From Centroscyllium fabricii (taxonomy: Eukaryota), in the NCBI GenBank assembly GCA_051313645.2, contig JBNRSN020000004.1, positions 352,408,001 through 352,472,000 of the forward strand: 64,000 nt of DNA, given 5' to 3'. The notes beneath the pieces are model-generated. The model had not been told where the DNA came from. It searched no databases and saw only the letters and a list, made by a program, of their open reading frames with translations. A program made the translations under genes and the position numbers. Below, piece by piece: positions 52,924-64,000 of this stretch (the first letter of the stretch is position 1; every line of letters begins with the position of its first letter).

Positions 52924-54699
52924 CTTGGTGTTTACTCAAGAAAATTATTTAAATTCCTTATTGTTATGCAGAATTCTTTCACAGGCATTTTGTAAAAAGC
53001 ACAGCAAAACTTAAGGGATCAAGGTGTTTCTTTACTTGTTCTCTTTCTCTTAGGTGCACCCTGATGGGAGACGATGCATATTGCAAGAAAATGAAGACTG
53101 AATTAAGGTTTCTGTCCCATAAAGACAACACTTACAGTGACTTTAAGTAACTGGAATATCACTGTTTGCTTGCGATTTTTTTTTCAATTAAAATGGTGTC
53201 TTTAAAGACCTTCACTGCTAACTCTCAACTGGCAGGAATCAGTATCTCACTTTTATTGTTACTCTTCTAAGTGAGAGATTGACAAATGGGTTACAGGTTT
53301 AAATGAGCCTTGCATGTTTTACATTATGATTTTAGCTTTTGGGTAGTTCATTTAGTAAAGAAAGGTAGTGTAAGATTGGCTTGGAGTTGTTACCTTGTAA
53401 AATCAAGGTGCCTGACACTTGTATCTTTACCAAAGACTGTTTAGTGATTTCAGAAACCAAAATAGTCCCACTTTTTGTTGGATATTGTCTTTATAGTGAA
53501 AGAAATGATTTGCTGCAAGTGCAGTAAGGTTTTTTTTTAGAAAGCTATAATTCTGTCAGCCGAGCTTGAACTCTAGTACAGTCTGTGGTGGTAAATTTTG
53601 GTTATTTTCAGACTTTTGTTTTCTTATGATTGTAACTTCACTAGCGATATTCTTTTTGCAGGGTCTATTTAGGTTATACGTGAAAGCTTTAATATGCAGT
53701 GAAATTGATACAGCAGATAATCCATATCTCAATTATCATTCTGTATGTGAATGGCCTAACTGCCATTATAGCAGGCAGTATCCAGGTTTGACCCCCATTG
53801 GCCTCTTTAAATATTGCACTGCACTATGATAGCATTTTTGTTGCAGGGAATCCAGTTAAACAGAGTTTATAAATAGACAGGCTATGTTGCAAATTGAGGG
53901 GTAATTCATAAGTAAGCTTGTTTCATGTTTGAATCATGTTATACTATTTTCTTATCCTGTGTTTTATTTCATAGGTAGGGACCACAATGTAAAATGCCTA
54001 CAACTGCGAATGATGGTTCATTATCTTAGCTTCAACACCAGTTTCTGACAGCAAAGAGTTCTTCAGTATTGAATGAAAGTGAAGACGGTGGTTTCACACA
54101 CTTATTTTTCAATACGGTTATACCAAGAGTATAATTGTATTGCTGTTTGAAATATTTCAGCTTTAAGTTGCAGATATATATATGTATAAATAATATGCAA
54201 GAATTTGCCTGTTTTACTAATCCTGGGTACTGGTCATTCTGAAACACTAAGAAACCCTAGAAACTCTTAAGACATCTTGACAGTGGACTAGAATGCTAAT
54301 TTCTAGGTGTTGAAACCACAGTAATGTGTGCATTTTGTCGATTTTTGTATTGTCTAGCTGCAACATTGTAAATGTAATACTTTGGCAATGCTTAAAATAT
54401 TTTGTTTATTGCTTTCATTAAAATAATTTAGTATCAAAGTGATTGTTTTCTTTTAAGATTCTGTTATCACTAAGTGACAATCACTTTTATGCCCTGGCTG
54501 CTGAGGAAAATTTCCCATTAGTGCATTTGCAAAGCATATTTATTTTTCTCCTCTTGTCAATGTTACGAACATTAGGAACAGGAGAGTCGGCCATTCAGCC
54601 CCTCGGTTCTGCTCCGCCATTCAATCAGATCATAGCTTATCTGCACCTCAAATCCATTCCCCCCCCCGCCCCTTTGCTTCATATCCCTTGATACCCTTG

Positions 54700-55849
54700 C
54701 AGGTTGAGCACCGGCAACCCGGCACCCGATGGTCCAGCAGCTTCAGTCATCCGGCGCGATTGGAAACCGGCGCTCTTCATTTTGTGGAGCAGCCGCTCGG
54801 CAGCGCCACCGTTTCCCGCAGAGGGTGGGCGAGCGCCGAAGGCATCGGGCGTTTGGGTTTCTGTTTTTTCAGGTCTTGTAAGTGTTCTATCACCGGGCTC
54901 CCTCCCGGGGAGTGTTCTACCGCACGCTCCGGGCCCCGGGGAGTGTTCTACCCGCGCGCTCCGAGCCCCGGGGAGTGTTCTACCCGCGCGCTCCGAGCCC
55001 CGGGGAGTGTTCTACCCGCGCGCTCCGAGCCCCGGGGAGTGTTCTACCCGCGCGCTCCGAGCCCCGGGGAGTGTTCTACCCGCGCGCTCCGAGCCCCGGG
55101 GAGTGTTCTACCCGCGCGCTCCGAGCCCCGGGGAGTGTTCTACCCGCGCGCTCCGAGCCCCGGGGAGTGTTCTACCCGCGCGCTCCGAGCCCCGGGGAGT
55201 GTTCTACCCGCGCGCTCCGAGCCCCGGGGAGTGTTCTACCCGCGCGCTCCGAGCCCCGGGGAGTGTTCTACCCGCGCGCTCGGGGCCCCGGGGAGTGTTC
55301 TACCCGCGCGCTGCGGGCCCCGGCGAGTGTTCTACCCGCGCGCTCGGGGCCCCGGCGAGTGTTCTACCCGCGCGCTCGGGGCCCAGGGGAGTGTTCTACC
55401 CGCGCGCTCGGGGCCCAGGGGAGTGTTCTACCCGCGCGCTCGGGGCCCCGGGGAGTGTTCTACCCGCGCGCTCCGAGCCCCGGGGAGTGTTCTACCCGCG
55501 CGCTCCGAGCCCCGGGGAGTGTTCTACCCGCGCGCTCCGAGCCCCGGGGAGTGTTCTACCCGCGCGCTCCGGGCCCCGGGGAGTGTTCTACCCGCGCGCT
55601 CCGGGCCCCGGGGAGTGTTCTACCCGCGCGCTGCGGGCCCCGGCGAGTGTTCTACCCGCGCGCTCAGGGCCCCGGGGAGTGTTCTACCCGCGGGCCCCGG
55701 GGAGTGTTCTACCCGCGGGCCCCGGGGAAGTGTTGGCCCCGAGGAGTGTTCTACCCACGTGCTCCCCCCGAACCTTCAGTGGTTTGGAATTTTCAGTGGT
55801 CCGGCACCGGCCTGGTCCGAAGGGTGCCGGATTAACGGTGCTCAACCTG
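54700..55849. mobile_element. Type D MITE (inverted) inside an old CR1 3' fragment (about 54565-56290)
   Basis: TIRs CAGGTTGAGCACCG / CGGTGCTCAACCTG-TA. Confidence 0.88.
54905..55762. repeat. 32-bp GC-rich minisatellite, about 27 units
   Basis: Unit GAGTGTTCTACCCGCGCGCTCCGAGCCCCGGG. Confidence 0.95.
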
Positions 55850-56692
55850 TACAAGCAAAAAATCCTATCTGTTGAAAGCTTCAATTGTCCTAGCATTCAC
55901 AGACATTTGGGAGAGAGAGTTCCAGATTTCTGCTACTATTTTGTGTGGAAAAAGTGCTTCCTGATCTCACTCCTGAACAGACTGACTCTAATTTTTATCA
56001 TGTTCCCTTGTTCTTGATTCCCCTGCCAGAGGAAATCATTTTTCTATGTCTACCCTGTCAAATCCTTTTTATAAAACAAAATTTAAACACCTTAATCAGA
56101 TCACTCCTCAATCTATGCTCCAGGGGACACAAACCAAGTTTATGCCACCTGCCCTTATAATTTAACCCTGTCAGCCCCTGTATCATTCTGGTGAATATAC
56201 ACCACTCCCTCCAAGGCCAATATATCCTTACCGGAATGCAGTGCCCAAAACTGAATGCAGTATTCCAGATCGGGTCTGACCGAGGTTCTATACAACTGAT
56301 TTTAATGATGTGCGCACTCGCACTCCCAAATCTCCTTCCTCTATGATTTGAAAAAATGCAGTTTATCTTTCTTGGATCCACAGTGGATGGCCTCACACTT
56401 GCCCACATTGAAATGCATTTACAATAAGTTTTCCCCCTTGCTTTAATCTGTCTGTCTCTCCCTCTTCCATCTACACTACTTGCTGTCCCTCCAAACTTCG
56501 TGTCACCTGCAAACTTAGATATTACAACTCTCCATCATTCAAATCATTAAATGTGAAACACCACGTGTTGCATCCTGCCAATCAGATTACATACCCTTTA
56601 GCCCCACTCTGTCTACTACCTCCCAATCAATTTCCAACCAAGTCAAAAGGCTCCCTCCAACTTCGTTCAGCCTCTCATTTTTGCTCATAAAA

Positions 56693-57210
56693 CTGGTAAG
56701 TCAGGAGTGTGATGGAATACTCCACTTCCCTGGATGAGTGCAGCTCCAACAAACACTCAAGAAGCTCGACACCATTCAGGATAAAGCAGGCCGCTTGATT
56801 GGCACTCCATCCACCACCTTCAACATTCACTCCACCACCGGCGCACTGTGGCTGCAGTGTGTACCATCTACAAGATGCACTGCAGCAACTCGCCAATGCT
56901 CCTTCAACAGCACCTCTACCACTTAGAAGGACAAGGGCAGCAGACGCATGGGAACAGCACCACCTGCAAGTTCCCCTCCAAGCCACACACCATCCCGACT
57001 TGGACCTGTATTGCCGCTCCTTCACTGTCGCTGGGCCAAAATCCTGGAACTCCCTTCCTGACAACATTGTGGGTGTACCTACACCATATGGACTGCAGCA
57101 GTTCAAGAAGGTGGCTCACCATCATCTTCTCAAGGGCAATTAGGAATGGGCAATAAATGCAGGCCTAGCCAGCCAGTGACGCCCACATCCCATCAATGGA
57201 TAAAAATAAA
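56693..57210 (+). mobile_element. LINE 3' fragment (CR1/L2 group)
   Basis: TLKKLDTIQDKA and KSWNSLPDNIV..FKKVAHHHLLKG motifs; AATAAA. Confidence 0.7.
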
Positions 57211-58085
57211 TGTTGGCACCAGTTTCCATTTTGAGCAGCATGCTAGAAAAAGTTCATGATCTCTGTTTAATCTGGCCTTTCGCATTGAAAATATTCTTTG
57301 AGTACTCGTGCTGGGTTTCCTTCTCTCTCTTTCCCCCCCGCAACCACTTAAAGGCTACATCAGCATCAAATCTAGAGTAGGACAGGATAGCCCTGGAATA
57401 AGTTTCTCTAGGTGAGTCACTCCATATGTCTGAGCGCCTTGCTGAAGCAAAGAATGTCTCAACCGGTTTTGCAGGGCTACGGGGGAGTGGGACTCGCCGA
57501 AGTGCTCTTGCAGAGAGCCAGCATAGGCTTGACGGGCCGAATGACCTCCTGTGCTGTAACCATTCTATGATTTTTAGGTAACTTGAGCAGATGGGGCCCA
57601 GCCTATCCTTCAGCTCAAAACAATCTAGTTCACCTTTGGCCAATGATGTCAAGAATTAAGCTTTTTTTGTGGAAATCTTCCTTGTACTTTCTGGACCTGT
57701 ACTTCACAGGGTTATCTCCACAGGTCACTTGAGTTGATTTAAAATCTTTGCAGTCCAATTGTCACAAAGGGAAAGATTGGGAGCATGTGGAGTGGACTGC
57801 CGAAGAAAGCAGTGAGGGTTGATAAACTTGCAGAATGGGTGTGCAAATGACAGATGAATTTCAAAATAGATAAGTGTGAGGTGGTGTCGTTCGGTAGGAG
57901 GACTAAAGAGGCCAAGAACTTGAAAATAAAGTCTAAATGGGGTAGAGGAGCAAAGGGATCTGGGGTACAGATTCACAAATCACAAAGTAATGACAGTTAA
58001 TCAGGCCCTAAAATAAAAAGCAAACCAAGCACGGATTCATTTCTAGAGGGATAGAATTAAAGAACAGAAGTTAAGTTAAACCTGT

Positions 58086-58725
58086 ATAAGAAATAGGAGC
58101 AGGAGTAGGCCAATCGGCCCCTCGAGCCCGCTCCGCCATTCAACAAGATCATGGCTGATCTGATCCTCACCTCAATTTTATTTTTACTCTCCATCCCGCC
58201 CAAACCCATGTGATCACCCGGAAGAGGCGAAAACCCAGTAGCCAATTTGGGAGAAAAAATCTGGGAAATTCCTCTCCGAGCCATCTAGGCGATCGAAAAC
58301 TGGTCCAGGAGATCACATGGCCGATCTGAACCTAGCCTCATGTCCACTTACCTGCCCGCTCACCATAACCCCCCAATTCCCTTTACTTCCAGGAAACTGT
58401 TATCTCTGTTTTAAATTTATTCAATGTAGTAGCTTCCACAGCTCTCTGGGGCAGCAAATTCCACAGCCCCACCACCCTCTGAGTGAAGAAATTTCTCCTC
58501 ATCTCAGTTTTGAAATGGCAGCCCCTTATTTTAAGATTATGCCCCCTAGTCCTAGTTTCACCCACCATTGGGAACATCCTCACCGCATCCACCCGATCAA
58601 GCCCTCTCACAATCTTATACGTTTCAATAAGATCGCCTCTCATTCTTCTGAACTCCAATGAGTAGAGGCCCAATCTACTCAGCCTCTCGTCATATGTTAG
58701 CCCCCTCATCCCCGGAATTAACCTA
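58086..58725 (-). mobile_element. CR1 3' end with a structured 3'UTR module, nested in an older + strand CR1
   Basis: LGLYSLEFRRMRGDLIETYKI..RNFFTQRVV; module at 58206-58320. Confidence 0.85.
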
Positions 58726-58979
58726 GTATAGACCTTGGTTAAACTACACTTGGAATACTATGCACAGTTCTGGTCTCCACATTGCAAAAAGGAAACAGAG
58801 GCACTGGAGAAGGTGCAAAAAGATTTAAGGATGATACCAGAACTACGTTTAGCACCATCAGGAACGACCGAACTAGCTGGGACTCTTCAGAAGGCTGAGG
58901 GGATGACCACATCAAGGTCTAAAATTATGATGGTCACTAATAAATTCAGTAACAGATTTCGGAGAAGCTTCTTTATAGA

Positions 58980-59787
58980 CATATAGGAGCAGGAGTCGGC
59001 CATTTATCCCCTCGAGCCTGCTCCGCCATTCAGTGCGATCATAGCTGATCATCCAAATTCAGTACCCTGTCCCCTGCTTTCTCCCCATATCCCTTGATCC
59101 CTTTAGCCTTGAGGAATATATCCAACTCCTTCTTGAATATATTTAATGAATTTGCCTCCACTGGCCTCTGGCAGAGAATTCCACAAGTTCACCACTTTCT
59201 GGGTGAAGAAATTCCTCCTCATCTCCATCCTAAATAGCTTATCTCTTATCCTTAGACTATGACCCCTGATTCTGGACTCCCCGGCCATCGGGAACATCAT
59301 TCTAGTCTGTCCAGGCCTGACAGAATTTTATAGGTTTCGATGAGATCCCCCCTCAATCTTCTAAACTCCAGTGAGTATAAGCCCAATCGACCCAATCTCT
59401 CCTCATACGTCATTCCTGCCATCCCAGGAATCAGCCTGGTGAATCTTCGCTCCACTCCCTCCATGGCAAGAACCTCCTTCCTCAGATAAGGCGACCAAAA
59501 TTGCACACAATATTCTTGGTGCGGTCTCACCAAGGCCCTGTACAGCTGCAGCAAGACATCCTTGTTCCTGTACTCGAACCCTCTCGCTACGAAGGCCAAC
59601 ATACCATTTGCCTTCTTAACCACCTGCTGCACCTGCATGCTTACCTTCAGTGACTGGTAAACAAGAACACCCAGGTCTCTCTGCACTTCCCCTTCTCCCA
59701 ATATATTGGCATTCAAATAATAATCAGCCTTCCTGTTTTTGCCACCAAAGTGGATAACCTCACATTTATCCACATTATAGTGCATTT
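58980..59787 (-). mobile_element. CR1 3' fragment
   Basis: NVDKCEVIHFG...LVRPHQEYCVQFWSP. Confidence 0.88.
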
Positions 59788-59909
59788 GTGGTTAGATGTG
59801 GAATTTGCTACCACTTGGAGTGGTTGAGGTGAATAGCATAGATGCATTGGAAGGGAAGCTAGATAGGAGGGTGATAGGAATAGAAGGATATGCTGACAGG
59901 GTTAGATGA

Positions 59910-60278
59910 AGAAACACAGAAGAGAGGAGTCGGCCATTCGGCCCTTCAAGCCTGTTCCACCATTTTTGATGAAATCATGGCTGATCATCCAAACCCAGCG
60001 CCCCCCTCCTACCATCTCCCCACATCCCCCGACACCCCCAACTCTTTAAGAACTATATCTCACACACATACTCATGGGCAATTTTTTTTAAATTATCTCC
60101 AATTCACCTAACCTGCATGTCTTTGGGTGGTGGGAGGAAACCGGAGTACCCAGAGGAAACCCACACGAACATGGGGAGAACATGCAAACTCCATGCAGAG
60201 AGGTCCCGGGCCAAGCAGGATTCGAACCCAGGAGCTCCTTATTGCGAGGCGGCAGTGCTAACCACTGCGCCACCGTGT
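59910..60278 (-). mobile_element. V-SINE, second subfamily
   Basis: Homologous to 28048-28405. Confidence 0.85.
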
Positions 60279-61575
60279 CATCCAGGGGTCATAGTAGAGT
60301 GGGAGGAGGCTCATGTAGGGCCATAAACACTGGCACGGAGCTGTTAGGCTTGAATGGCCTCTCCTGTGTTGTACATTCTGTGTTGGGGTATAGAAATTGG
60401 AGGGAGAAGTGGATGAAGTATAAAATATTTAGGATGAATTGGAGAAATTTTTGAGGGAGTGGTGATTTGAGCCATTTTTGTTTTTTTAGACCGGCCAGAT
60501 CGATTGCAGAGCCTTTCCTGGTCCTGTACCTTCCTATGTTTAAAAACATCCCAATATTTCACATACAATGAATCACTTTGAGGTACAATGGCTGTTATGC
60601 AGAGAAAAATCAAATCATTCAGCACAAAGCAAAATCACACAAACAGCAATGACACGTGACTGGTTAATCTGTTTTTAGTGGCATTGGCTGTGGGAGGAAT
60701 GTTAATCAAGACATCAAAAGAACTCTCTCGTCTTCACACCGTGTCATGTGGTCTTTTACGTTCACAAGAACCGGTAGACAGGTCCTCAGTTTAATGTATT
60801 AGCTGAAGAATGGCACCTCCATCAATGGCACCTCAGTACTGCACTGGAGTGTCAGCCTAGGTTATGTGCTCGAGCCCCAGTGTAACATTTGAACCAATGG
60901 CCTGATTCAGAGGCAGGAGTGCGACCAATTGAGCTAAGCTAGAGTGTTCTCAATGTTAAGCATAGATGGAGAGAAAGAAACATAGAAACTAGGAGCAGGA
61001 GTAGGCCATTCGGCCCTTCGAGCCTGCTCCGCCATTCAATGAGATCATGGCTGATCATCCAAACTCAGCACCCTGTCCCTGCCTTGTCCCCATATCCCTC
61101 GATCCTAGTTACACCTCTTTCAACCAGGCTTATCTTTTTTGGAGGGTGGTTGGGGGGGCGGGGTTAACAGCAATATTCCGGTGTAATGGGGGAAGTTTTT
61201 GTCCTTATATGTGATTTCAATTGATTACCAGTTCTGGGGAGTTCCACAGCTCAACCTGTGGCAGAGCAGTGAACGACTGACCGCAACTTCAGGATTTCTG
61301 CGTTTATCTCCGCATACGCTAAATCCTAAAATTGCTGTCAGTTCCAGAGGAGTAATGATGGCGAGCGCTGACAGTTTCGCCATCATTACCACCGCAAAAT
61401 CTGAGCCATTAGGTTTATTCAGATATTCAAGATGCTACATGGCACAATAAAGAGATTTTACATTTTGGCCATTTGTCCCAGATTATTTGAGTCAATGGCA
61501 TGATTTTGCCAGCGCTCAGAGTGTGGGTTTAGAGGCAGGTTGGCTGTCAAAATAGCAAAGATTGACAGTGAGTCT

Positions 61576-64000
61576 TGTGGTAACCACTTTGTATATATAT
61601 GTGTGTAACCAACGGCCTGTGATAATGTACATAGTTCTCTGTATATTGCTTACCTGGGCATGCCCATGCTAGCCCCGCCTGTGACTCCTCCTCCCAGGAC
61701 CAGGTACATAAGCGACTGTCTCCCTTCCCCCATTCATTCTGGGAGCGGTCGACTAGCTGGTGCATGCCCAAACTTTTAGCTAATAAAAGCCTTTCGTTTC
61801 ACCTCGTTACATCTCGTCTCCGAGGTCGTTGATTCGGTAACAATTTTATTAGCTAAATTTAACCATGGAGTCCATGCTAAAACCAGCAACGTTCGAACTG
61901 GATCCCCAAACACCAGGCGCCTCCAATACCTTTACGCACTGGTTCGACTGTTTCGACGCGTTCGTCAAAGCGAACGCGGCGGTCGTCCGGACGGAGGAGG
62001 ACAAGCGGCGCCTTCTCAACGCCCGGGTGGGCCCCCAAGTCTAATTGATGATCGCGGATGCATCGTCCTACTTAGATGCGATCCGGATTCTAAAAGCCGA
62101 GTACAACCGAACACCGAACCTCGTCCACGCCAGACACCTCCTGGCCACCAGAAAGCAGCAACCCGGGGAATCGAGCGTGGAGTTCCTACGAGCGCTGAGA
62201 GTCCTCTGCCGGGCCTGCAACTGTAAGTCACAGACAGCCCAGGTGCACTCGGAAAGTCTCATCAGGGACGCTTATGTGACTGGCCTCAGGTCCAATTACA
62301 TCCGCCAAAGACTCTTGGAACAAAATGGTATGGACCTGCAAGCGACAGCTGACCTGGGGAACGCACTGGACTTGGCGTCCCTTAACTTGTCGTCTTACTC
62401 GGGCAACCACGCCACCATCTTTGGCACAGCCGGCCGCACCGCGACCGGCGGAAGAGATGACTGCGGCTACGCACTCGAGAGTATTCCGGTAAGATGGCGG
62501 CGCGCATAGACGCAGCGGCTTTGCATCTCCCGAGGTGGTGCTGTCCGCTGGTAGTTCTGGGTCTGTTCGCTTGGAGGGGACGGCGGGTTCGGCGTGGTGG
62601 TGCCGGGGTCAGCACAACGGAGTTGTTGGAGCACCGGGATGTCTGCGATCGGAGCATTGGGGACGCGCCGAGGCCGACATGGTTGGAACGCCGGGGCCTT
62701 GAGGTGCTGTGTTCGGAGCCGGAGCCCGCATGGTCACCGAGGTCGGCATGCTTGGAGCGCCGGAGGTCGGCGGGTTCGGAGCGCCGAGGCCTGCAGAGTC
62801 GGAGTGCCGGAGCCTGCGTGGTCACCGGTCATAGCACCGGAGGTCAGTGAGTTCGGAGCGCCGGAGCCTGCGTGGTCGGAGCACCAGGGCCGACATGGAA
62901 TGGAACAGACTGGGACTTAGAGCGGTGGACATTTTGATATCTGCATCGTTTCTTGGGAGTTTGCAAGAAATGCATTTCGTTGTATTGTGTTTATTCACTC
63001 TGCAATGACAATAAATTGAATCTTATCTTATCTTATCTTGAGAGGGCCTAAATGTTACTTCTGCGGCCAGGCCCAACATCCCAGGCGAAACTGCCCGGCG
63101 AGAGACGCGGCCTGCTCGAAATGCGGTAAGAAAGGACATTTCGCTAAAGTCTGCAGAGCAGCGGCAATACCGCCCTCCAAACCGGGCAGCGCCGCGTGTG
63201 GGCCGTGGGGGCAGCCATCTTGGACACAGCCATCTTCACCACAGCCCGCCACGTGGGAGCAGACGCCATCTTGGACACAGCCATCTCCATCACAGCATGC
63301 CGCGTGGCGGCAGCCATCTTGGGACCAGGCCCCAGACCTCTCAACCAACTCGACCAACCCGATACTGGCCTCCATCACACTCGACCAGAACAAGAGCCAG
63401 CCACTGAGCAGATCTATGATGACGGTGCAGGTGACCGGGCGTAGTACAGATTGCCTTTTTGACAGCGGGAGCATGGCGAGCTTCATCCATCCAGATACGG
63501 TAAAGCGCTTCTCCCTTAAAGACATGCCGGCTAGCCAAAAAATATCGATGACGTCTAAGTCCGAATCTGCGGACATCTGTGGTCGCTGCGTTGTGACCCT
63601 GACAGTGCGGGGCGTACACTTCAGTAATTTTAAAGTATTCGTGCTGCCGCAGCTCTGCGCTCCCTTACTGCTGGGCCTCGACTTTCAGTGCCACCTCCAG
63701 AGCGTTACCATGGCATATGGTGGGCCCCTTCCCCCGCTCACGGTCAGCAACCAGCGCTCCCTGCAGTACCCACAGCGCGCTACCTGCGACCTCTCGACCC
63801 TTAAGGTCGCCACACCCTCGCTCTTTGCCAACCTCACCCCGGACTGCAAGCCCGTCACCACCAAAAGTAGGCGCTACAGTACCGGGGACAGAGACTTCAT
63901 CAAGTCCGAGGTGAAGCGGCTCCTGAAGGAGGGGGTCATCGAGGCCAGTAATAGCCCCTGGAGGGCGCAGGTAGTGGTTGTGAAGACCGGAGCCAAACGG
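61576..64000 (+). mobile_element. Gypsy LTR retrotransposon, 5' part (LTR about 61576-61842, gag from ATG 61866, protease, start of RT); disrupted
   Basis: CYFCGQAQHPRRNCPARDAACSKCGKKGHFAKVC double knuckle; LFDSGS protease; LLKEGVIEASNSPWRAQVVVV RT; premature TAA at 62042; LTR start uncertain. Confidence 0.9.
62482..63039 (+). mobile_element. Short non-autonomous retroposon inserted in gag
   Basis: GAGAG TSD (62477-62481 and 63040-63044); AAGATGGCGG head; AATAAA and (TCTTA)n tail. Confidence 0.8.

Noticed and set aside
54688-56017. ORFs of 317-437 aa
   Set aside because: Translation of the 32-bp array in all three frames.
57254-57720. Possible minus-strand host exon or ORF (132 aa)
   Set aside because: Contains a retroposon tail fragment, and I see no recognisable family or clear splice sites.
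61352-61389. 13-bp hairpin GTAATGATGGCGA/TCGCCATCATTAC as a terminator or ncRNA
   Set aside because: Probably internal to an old dispersed repeat; no other support.
62040-62046. Programmed readthrough at the gag TAA
   Set aside because: It lies early in gag rather than at the gag-pol junction; more likely a point mutation in an element that is already disrupted.

Overview
This is eukaryotic vertebrate DNA, most likely from a shark or ray, judging by HE1-type V-SINEs, CR1 LINEs and SacSINE-like repeats. The single host gene is the 3' part of PRPF4B (PRP4 kinase) on the + strand: 12 GT-AG coding exons from 4012 to the stop at 50159 that join in frame, followed by a 3'UTR. Introns and the downstream flank are packed with transposable elements: CR1 and RTEX-like LINEs, SINEs, a decayed hAT transposon, about 15 TA-flanked Tigger4/Zombi-like MITEs, Penelope-type hammerhead palindromes, a very young non-coding LTR element, and the 5' part of a Gypsy element. 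The most notable signal is that four MITEs carry unrelated cargo in a common slot between inverted AAATGGCCGCC motifs. One cargo is a recognisable CENP-W promoter plus first coding segment, pointing to a Pack-TIR-like gene-capture system biased to gene 5' ends. Other highlights: a Gypsy primer-site position complementary to its own poly(A) signal, a structured RNA module in two CR1 3'UTRs, a duplicated activation-loop pseudo-exon, and a spliceable exon-like unit in the 3'UTR. All calls were made by eye without database searches, and the boundaries of degenerate repeats are approximate.
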